From Octopus vulgaris (lineage: Eukaryota): 64,000 nucleotides of DNA. Positions 54,210-64,000 of the stretch are shown piece by piece. The translations under genes and the position numbers were made by a program. The stretch covers positions 71,610,001-71,674,000 of the forward strand of contig OX597828.1 of NCBI GenBank assembly GCA_951406725.2, written 5' to 3'. How positions within the stretch are numbered: position 1 is the stretch's first letter; every line of letters starts with the position of its first letter. The notes below the pieces were generated by a model that was given only the letters and a program-made list of their open reading frames with translations, did not search any database and had not been told where the DNA came from.

Positions 54210-54258
<49 letters not shown>

Positions 54259-54942
54259 TATCCTTATGATCATCATCACCATTGTCATCATCTTCGTTAT
54301 AATTAATTGTAATTATGAGTATTATGCATTTTCAGCAATTTTCAGTAATTCAGTAGACGTTCCAGTAGTAGTCGTAGCATCAGAACCGTAGGGAAACTTA
54401 ATTATGTAGAACTCAATACATACATACATACATACATACATACATACATACATACATACATACATACATACATACATAAATACACACACATATACATACA
54501 TACGTACGTATACATATCTATATTTATACACACATATACACATATATACATATATGCATATACATACCTCTCTTCTTCCTAGCGCCTAAATATATCATAT
54601 CTCCCAGTTAACAAGTTCCAGAGTTGTAATGCTGCTACAACCTTACAATATCTTTCTGAGTAATTTGCATTTCATCACTTGGTTCTTTGATCAAGAATTC
54701 CATAAAATATTTTTCGCATTTTCCTCGTACTTTGGCAGAACAGTTACCGTTTGTTCACAGATTGATTCTACTCTCAACAATTTCTGTTGAATATTTTGAG
54801 TAAGCTATATGTCTACAGACAAAATAATAGATAGTGAATTGTAATATGTAAACAAAGTATTTGTTTTAGAATTTTACAACAACCGTAGACACACACAAAC
54901 ACACGCACGCACATACGCACATACGCACACAGAGGCACATAC

Positions 54943-55037
<95 letters not shown>

Positions 55038-58000
55038 GCTACCTACTTACCTTGCTCTGGAATTAACGACGTGAATAACAAGAATACGAAAGACGAAGTG
55101 AGAACAGTGTAATTATTAGTTTGACACGCAATAAAATGCAAGAAATCAGAAGTGTTTCTGACGTTTCAAACTTTAAACCTTCTTCAGAAATTTTGCTAGA
55201 AGGAAAAATGTTGAGGAATACATAGTTGCGTACACACACATGCACTCACACACACACGTATATGTGTGTACATAAATATACATACATACACACACACACA
55301 CACTTACATGCAGACACACACACACACACATATATATATAAATGTACATATATATAGTAACAGAGTGACATTATCTTTAAGTTATTTCTAACGTAAAAGC
55401 TTCTTTACTTCGCCGCAATTCATTAATGGCGAACGAAGGAAAAAGCGAAGAATGAAGAATAAAGATTTTCTTCAGCAACTCAAGTGATTATATCTTGATG
55501 AGGTAGACACTAAAATTTTCAGTAACACTTGGTATTCTGTAAGAGAATCGGCAAGAAGTTAAAAAAAAAAAACAAAAAAAAAAGTAAGAAAGAAAGAAAG
55601 AGTACAACTACTTAGAGGTGAAATGTTGTTAAAATATCTCGAACGATTCTGTGTTTGAAAGTCGACAATTTTTAGGGGTTGAAGGTAGGTGGTGCAGATT
55701 GATGATGTAGGTTACAATGGTAATGATGTTGATGATGATAAGGAGGTAGCAGAGGAAGAGGAGAACGATTGTTCTGATACAACCTACGAATCTATGGCTT
55801 TCCTTCATACGCAGACATACCTTGTCGATGTAATCTATGCTTTTAGTGCCTGTCTATTGTTCTACATTTTGGGAATGTTACAAAACAAAAGGAGAAGAGC
55901 TCATGAGACTCAGAATATATGTGATGCGAAGTCAGATACAACACCACGAGGTATCATTTAAAAATATTGTCTCCCTTAAAAATATGTGTTTTGGGCTTGG
56001 TCGGAAAGGTGTTCTTTTTCATTTCATGAATCAATTTTAAGGAAGAATTTCTTTCAAAATTGGTCTAATGAAGTAAATCTAAAGGAAAATGGACCTTTTT
56101 CAAACGTCTGCACTCCGATATGTCAAGGTAAATATAGCCTGTAAATAAAAGGAAATAGGGGGGAAGATTTCGTTCAGAAATAAAGTTTTCAGGCTTTAGA
56201 TAATAACTGAAAACAGTTCATGTGTTTGTTTGAAGACCGAGCTAAATTTGACATTCCGTTTTCACTGAAAATAGAATGTTTTTAACACCAAAGTTTATCA
56301 AATATTTGAACCTGAAGTCACTATTTTTGTAAAATGATTTTTCTCTTTTTTCTTTTTGTAATTGAGATCCGGAGTTTGTTCCTCCAAATATGGCAATGTT
56401 TATTTTTAACTACCAAATAAAAAATTTTAAATATAAAAATAAAAATACCACGAAATAAATGAAAAAGAAACAAAATCCCTTTTTATGTTCTATTTATAAA
56501 ACCACCAAAAATAGTTTATGGAGAATCTATGAAAGCAGAACCGGTATTTTGCGAATTGAAGCTGAAATCGAAGACTTGAAGATTTGTGGAATTCAGTCAC
56601 AATAAAATAGGCGCCATAACCCTTGAACAGTGTTTGTTTCTCAGCCGAAACAGTTTATTTATAAAACACAAAACCTTTCGTAGGAATAAACCAAAATTTA
56701 CATTTATATTCGATTTCCATTCCACTTTTATTCATCTAAAGATATTGAAAAAAAGGTGGGTGGGGAAAGAAGCTATATGAAGGAAATATATTATTTCCTT
56801 CGTGACTGAAATTTTAATGAAAGTGTTTTTGAAATGGAGGGAAAAAATGGATTATTAAAAAGTTCATTGATTACCCGTTAATATTTAGGAATCATTTATT
56901 TATTTAAAGGTAAATATTTTGCAAAAGTAAAGAGATTCATGGCCTTTTAACCAAATATCCGTTTCTTGATATCAAATGTACATATTTCGTGGAACATTCC
57001 AAAGTAGTGTTGTTCTATGATTATTAAATGTAAGATATTGTGGAAATATTGGTCGAGTGGAAATAAAAGAGTGGACTTCGAGGTGGAAATCGGTTAAATA
57101 TTTGTCCTAAATCATTTTTTGGTAAAAAGAATTATTGAATTTTGGTCATTTGGAAAAGAATGAAAAGGCTTAAAAAAGAATAAATATTAAATTGAAATAT
57201 GCCACTCAAAAGATATATTGAAATTTTAATCCAAGATTTAGTAGTCATGGACGAGAGGAGACCATGACGTTAAACATCGCTTGATTTCAGGGATAGAAAG
57301 TTTTATATAGTATTAAAGCTTCAACAATGTGGACCTACCTCTCCCAGGGAAATCCAACTGAGAACGTAGACGTTAAATTTACATAAATTTGCATAACAAT
57401 AATATTTCAAACTGCCGAAAAAATTTTGAACGTTGTACATTTTATAAATCTATGCGGTCATTTATGTGCAAATATTGGAGAGAAAAAAAATGAAAATAAA
57501 AACGCAAATTCATACCTGAACTCTAATTTTTTTTTCTCATTGATCCACTCATGTAAGACTCTCTCTCTTCATCTGTTTATCTAACAGATCATCTATCTCT
57601 TGTTTACTAAGCCATCCATCCATCCGTCCATCCACCCATCCATCCATCCATTTATTCTTGTCATTCCTCACTCTGCTCATTAACCAATCAATCCCTTTCC
57701 CCCCACACTCATCACCCCACCCACCCTTTTTCTGTTCAGTTATACTTACATCCATTACAACGAACCGATCTGTTTTAATGCTCTCCGCCTCCGTTTCCAC
57801 CTCCCCCCAAACTTTCAGCGGCTTTCTTGAGAACCGTATGAAGTAAAATTATAAAAAAAAAAAAAATAACAAAAGCCCAACAAAAAATTGTATTTCCTCA
57901 AGTCATCTATTTGAGGGAGGGGATGGTGGGGGGTGCGGTGGGGGTGTAATATATGTAATGTCAAAAAATAGAAATGTCCGGTAAAAAGAATCATCGTAAT

Positions 58001-58148
58001 AGATAGATTGATTGATCATTGGTTAAAGATTGATCTCCGAGAGACAAATATGAATGATCAGGCCATGTTGCAACATGTTATAGACTTTCACAATGGTATC
58101 TCTTGGTAAAAACACTGAAAAAATATACAGAGTTATTAGTAAATTATG

Positions 58149-58180
<32 letters not shown>

Positions 58181-58665
58181 AATTCGTGCATTTTAAAAAA
58201 AGAAGGCTACCAGTTCTATCTTTGTATATCAATCTGTCATGTCGTCTGCTTATCTACCAATCTACTTACCTATCTATCTCAGTCTATATAACCATCTGTA
58301 TATCTGGCTATCTAGCTATCTATCTGTCTATCCATCTATCTATTTATCAGTCTCTGTGTCTGACTGTTTGTTTGTCTGTCTGTCTGTGTGTCTATCGATT
58401 TAATTTTCGTTAAATGCATTAAGACGAGTCTATCTGCGTTGCTTTGTCGCATTTGTCGGTTTTCTTGTCGTCTGTGAATCTGTGCGAACAGATGCTGAAA
58501 GGTGTATATAACAAAAGTATGTTGCAATTACGGCTGTTTCTATGTATTTAGATGTATATGTGTACGTGTGAAGATTTTTGTTTTGTATCTGAAAGAATAT
58601 ATATATGCATGCATACGCATATATACATACATATATTCATATACATATATACATATATATGTACG

Positions 58666-58697
<32 letters not shown>

Positions 58698-58798
58698 TAT
58701 GTATATATATATATTTATACATACATACAAGCATCTGTGTATATACATATGTACACATAAACGTATATGTATATACGTATATATATATAATATATATA

Positions 58799-58936
<138 letters not shown>

Positions 58937-59757
58937 CTGTGTGAATATATTTATTTAAAAAATACACCCTTTAATACACTAAAAGTGCAAATGAGTAAGT
59001 GAAATTTTTATACTTTTTCCCCCACCATTAAATATATTTTTGAAAGAGGTCAAGGGCGAGAGAAAGGCTTCCAAGAACTTCTCAATTCTTCCAAACATTC
59101 CACCATTATGATTGAGGAAAAAATTGTCTTTTTATTGAGTTTATGCAAATTAGACACACACACAGACACACGCGCGCGCACAAATAACAAGACTATTGCA
59201 AAAGTTGTTGGCATTTCACCTTGGCAAGTGTGTTGAATTATTATTTCTTTTTTCAGTAAAAGAACTGGTGAAACTCTTTTACCTTCAATTAGTGACAAAG
59301 GAATATTCAATTGAATGCCCTGAAATAAATACACAAATAATAAAAGTTGCTTGAGACGGAGGGTTTTTAAGAAACCAACTGCCGTATTAGCTCTAATGTT
59401 TGGAATTGTCTAATAAAAACTGCTTAAGAGAGATAGAAAAAAAGAACGATTTTTTAAATTTTAAGTTCATTTTGTGCTGTTTAATATTTAGTTACAGCAT
59501 CCAATTCTGGAAAGATCGAGGAAAATATAACCTTAAAATCAAATTTTTAGTCATTTTTCTGTTTCAAAACCATGCAGAAGAAATTGAAAGTTTAAAATTT
59601 TTTTTCTTTGTTACAAATACTATTTCCCTGAAAAAATAACGAGAAAAAAAAAAGACAGAGAAAAAGACATAAAAAACATTATTTTTGATTTTATTTCTTG
59701 CTTTACGAATTTTGAAATAAAAGCAAAAACAATATTAGTGTTCAGAACTAACAAAAT

Positions 59758-59832
<75 letters not shown>

Positions 59833-59933
59833 GTATATATATATGTATATATATGTATATATATATGTATATATATGTATATATATATATATATATGTAT
59901 TTATATATGTATATATATGTATATATATGTATG

Positions 59934-59978
<45 letters not shown>

Positions 59979-60002
59979 TATAAACAATAAGAATTTTCGC
60001 AA

Positions 60003-60200
60003 AACCGGATGTCCGGTCTCAAAGACAAAGACATCACGTGCTCTTCCGTGTTAAAACATGTTCATTTTTAATAAATAACATATATTTCTGATCTTCATTG
60101 ATACAATTGATTTTCTGTTTAAGCACAGATAGAAAATAAAACAAATGAAACGACAGCGTTTGTTCCCCAACCGCCATCTTGGTGCTCCTAAAATGGTGTT
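60003..60200 (-). promoter_or_regulatory. Promoter-like motif cluster (ETS, E-box, YY1)
   Basis: ACCGGATGT at ~60004, CACGTG at ~60035, CCGCCATCTTG at 60171-60181. Confidence 0.3.
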
Positions 60201-61035
60201 CACACGAATGTACATGGTGACAATAATTTAAAACTCCCAAGATTTAAAAAAGGATTTCTCCCTTATTCAAAAAACATTGTATATATATAATTAATATATA
60301 TATATATATATACATTAAAGAAGATAGGCTTTTTTTAATGAATTTTTTTCTTCCAATATCATTTTAAATTAATATCAACAATGAAATAGCAAGGTTAATA
60401 GCATTCTTAATAAGATTAAACAAATTCTTCAAATTTCTTCTAATGCAATCGGATTAAAATGTTCAATCATTTTGTTGTTTGTAAACAACAAAATTCAGTT
60501 CAATGCTATGTGAATTTTAAAAAAAAAACCAACAATATTTTAATCAGTTTAAAAATCAACAATCCAGTGAGTATCGATCATCATAGGAACAGGACATTAT
60601 AAAAGACAGAGAAGATTAGAGAAATAAGAAAAGATTCGATCACTACATTGTAGTAAGTCTTCGATTTCTTGGAAGTACGGTGACATAAAAATGTGTGATA
60701 AACAAGAATTACGAAACACACGGACAAGTCTGCTTTTTTTTTCCAACATATTGTTGCATATGTATATCACAGTTAACCATTATAGCTGAAAGGTAATTCA
60801 TACCATGGAATACCTCCGTGGGACATCATGTAAAAGAAAAAAAAAACAATAAAAAGGAAAGAATAAAGGAAAAAATATTTAAAAAAAATAATAATGACAC
60901 AACCAAATTTTAAAAAAAATTGTTAATAAATATAGAAAGAACAAAAATATATTTACACAATGATTAAAAAAAAACAGATTTGGTGTCTTAAAAAACACTT
61001 CCAATTATTGCATTCTAAACATAAACCAAATGCGA

Positions 61036-61038
61036 ATG

Positions 61039-61129
<91 letters not shown>

Positions 61130-61136
61130 CAACAAC

Positions 61137-61182
<46 letters not shown>

Positions 61183-61223
61183 GTGATGATGAGAATGATG
61201 ATAATAATAATAACGATGATGAT

Positions 61224-61300
<77 letters not shown>
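61036..61300. repeat. (AAT)n/(GAT)n array
   Basis: Direct inspection. Confidence 0.95.
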
Positions 61301-61302
<2 letters not shown>

Positions 61303-61446
61303 GCATAATTTAAAATAACTCCCTATTTTATATAATTTCGTTGACCTGTTCAGAAGAAAATCTGACATATGTATATACACACAAACACATAACCCACGAC
61401 ATGCTCTCCCCACACCGCGTTCACACGATCAGACACACATGCACAG

Positions 61447-61479
<33 letters not shown>

Positions 61480-61497
61480 TATACGAATACATATACA

Positions 61498-61591
<94 letters not shown>

Positions 61592-61622
61592 CATATGTAT
61601 ATATATATATACATACATATAT

Positions 61623-61654
<32 letters not shown>

Positions 61655-62374
61655 TTGTGCACACATATATACGTGGGTCGGTGTTTGATAATACATACAT
61701 ATTGTATATACACACATATAATATGGATAGCTGTGTAAATAAAAAAGAATAGCTTCGAAAGTGAAACTAGATCATTGTCAGACATTGCAAAAAAAAAAAA
61801 AAAAAAAATGAAAGAAAAATAAATACAGTGGTAAAACTATCGGTATAAGAAGCTATAAAGCTTTCTTTGGTGGCCAACACTGCATGGAACGTCAGTCACA
61901 TCTACGACAACGTATGTCTGTTCCGTAACAACTCCATGTTACACGCACGTGATTACTGGGCTCTATGTATGTATGTATGTATGTATGTATGTATGTATGT
62001 ATGTATGTATGTATGTGTGTATGTGTGTATGTATGTATGTATGCATGTATGTATGTAAGTATGCATGTATGTATGTATGTATGTATGTATGCATGTATGT
62101 ATGTATGTACGTATGTATGTATGTATGTATGTATGTATGTGTGTATGTATGTATGCATGTATGTATTATGTATGTACGTATGTATGTATGTATGCATGTA
62201 TGTATGTATGTATGTATGTATGTATGTATGAATGTATGTATGTATGTATGTATGTGTGTATGTATGTATGTATGTATGTATGTATGTATGTGTGTATGTA
62301 TGTATGTATGTATGTCAGTATTCAGTTTATTTCAAGATTTCTTGCCAACAGAGAAAGAACCGGTTTCTAACCTA

Positions 62375-62934
62375 CACAGGAAGTAAATAGACACCTTTAA
62401 TTTTCAAAATTTCTCATCTAAGCGTCTTAATATGTTTTCAGCGGTGTAGAATTTACAATGTAATTATTCTTTTTCACTCCAGGTGCCATTATATTAAACA
62501 TTTCCGAAGAGTAACCATGCCACGCACAAAAATTCAGCAGAACTGTCAAATTTTCAAAGCGGTCGTATTGTTGGGGAATCTGAGGCTGGTCTTAGACAGC
62601 GAAAAATTGCCGAAAATCTTGAAATTCGTCTTGCTACTATTAATAGAATTATAGTGCAATTCAAAAGCCAAGGAACAGATTCTCGTCCCGGCCGACCTGG
62701 GCCCTCGGAAAGGAAGCTTCGCTGTTTCAAGAGAATTGTGGAAAACGAACCCCGTTCGATGGCTTCTGATATTGCAAAACAGCTAGAAGTTAATCCAAGA
62801 ACGTGTGTTACATATCTGCATAAGCTTGGGTATTATGGACGAACAGCTAGAAGAAAACCTCTCTTTCAACCACTTGATATCAAATCAAAGATTTTGAAAA
62901 TTAAAGGTGTCTATTTACTTCCTGCATGTCTGTG
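62375..62934 (+). mobile_element. Internally deleted Tc1-family DNA transposon
   Basis: Perfect 34-bp inverted repeats at 62377-62410 and 62891-62924; TA at 62373-62374; interrupts a short repeat that is intact at 25711-25825. Confidence 0.9.
62517..62884 (+). pseudogene. Tc1 transposase N-terminal DNA-binding region, frameshifted and lacking the DDE domain
   Basis: [20 protein letters not shown]...[16 protein letters not shown]...SRPGRP...SDIAKQL...[17 protein letters not shown]; one base missing in the A-run after codon 4. Confidence 0.85.
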
Positions 62935-63437
62935 TCAACCCAAGGCTCCTTCATTGGTATTTCAACATCAACAACAGGGTATTTTTGTATGCATGTATGT
63001 ATGTACGTGTGAATGTATAATAGATATGTATACATATGTGTGTGTGTTTATGCTTCTTTTGTATGCATGTGCGCATATACATCTATGTATCTATGTGAGT
63101 ATGTCTGCATGAAAAGCAGACCAAGTTTTGTTTTTATCTGATCCGATTTTAATTAAACTGAATTTAACTGATCCGATTTTTAGTTGATTAGGCTTTGAGT
63201 TGATTCAACTCTTCGTTGATCTAATGTTTAGTTGAACAGTCTTTCAGCCGATTCGACTTTTGGCTGATCCAGGCTTTAGTCGAACAAACTTTAATTGAAA
63301 AATAAGTGCAACATTTCAAATGAAATGTTTGTACTCTATACACAAGCACATAAATGATGATATCCACATATATACAATACTCACACATATGTGTACATAT
63401 ATATGTATGTATATATGTATATATATATATATGCACA

Positions 63438-63532
<95 letters not shown>

Positions 63533-63652
63533 GTGCCCAACGATGGTTTAGCTGGGCGAAATATCGAAGTCACTGCGAAAAGTATTCTTGCTTAATAATT
63601 ATAAATTTGAGCTCTACAAAAGTATTGAGTAAATCATAAGAGTAATCTAAAA

Positions 63653-63899
63653 TTGGAGTAAAGATTGTTTGCCAACATAACATGGCAGTCCTGGTTGAGG
63701 ACGAATGTTGCTGTAATTTAGCCCCAGGAGACCGCATCTCCAGCTGGCTACACGACACTATCTGTGTCCTTATATTTTCGAAGGACACATATCGTGTCGT
63801 ATAACCAACTGGAGACGACGTCTCCTGGTGCTAAATTACAGCAACATTCGTCCTCAATCAGGACTGCATTGTTATGTTGGCAAACAATCTTTACTCCAA
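63653..63899. mobile_element. Near-perfect foldback element (~120-bp arms, ~9-nt loop)
   Basis: TTGGAGTAAAGATTGTTTGCCAACATAAC...GTGTCCTT-ATATTTTCG-AAGGACAC...GTTATGTTGGCAAACAATCTTTACTCCAA. Confidence 0.9.
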
Positions 63900-64000
63900 A
63901 GTATTGTTGCTGAATATCTTTCGTTGAGAGATTTACAAATAGTAATTTTCTAATCTAAGATTATATTTTATTATAACTGAACATAAACACACACACGCAC

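Noticed and set aside
55689-55961. Acidic 90-aa ORF
   Set aside because: It derives from decayed GAT/GAG repeats and has a GTG start, with no splice or domain support.

Overview
AT-rich, microsatellite-saturated animal genomic DNA. The tRNA-derived SINE families and repeat landscape point to an octopus (coleoid cephalopod); this is inferred from recalled repeat families, not searched. The only host coding signal I can support is the last three exons of a + strand gene (610-729, 2906-2986, 7286-7363; all phase 0, GT-AG) encoding a TPR-like C-terminus. The rest is intronic or intergenic: about five SINE families, three non-autonomous Helitrons, R4/Dong-like, RTE and CR1 LINE 3' ends, a hAT MITE holding nested insertions, an internally deleted Tc1 element, and several foldback elements. 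The most notable hidden signal is a set of type I hammerhead-ribozyme motifs in at least three unrelated repeat families: (1) a ~340-bp tandem array in the host intron (retrozyme-like); (2) a family with a very long stem II, present as an inverted pair with a ribozyme on each strand; (3) a tRNA-headed element with a hammerhead tail and a 12-bp target-site duplication. Nearly all ORFs in the supplied track are microsatellite artefacts.
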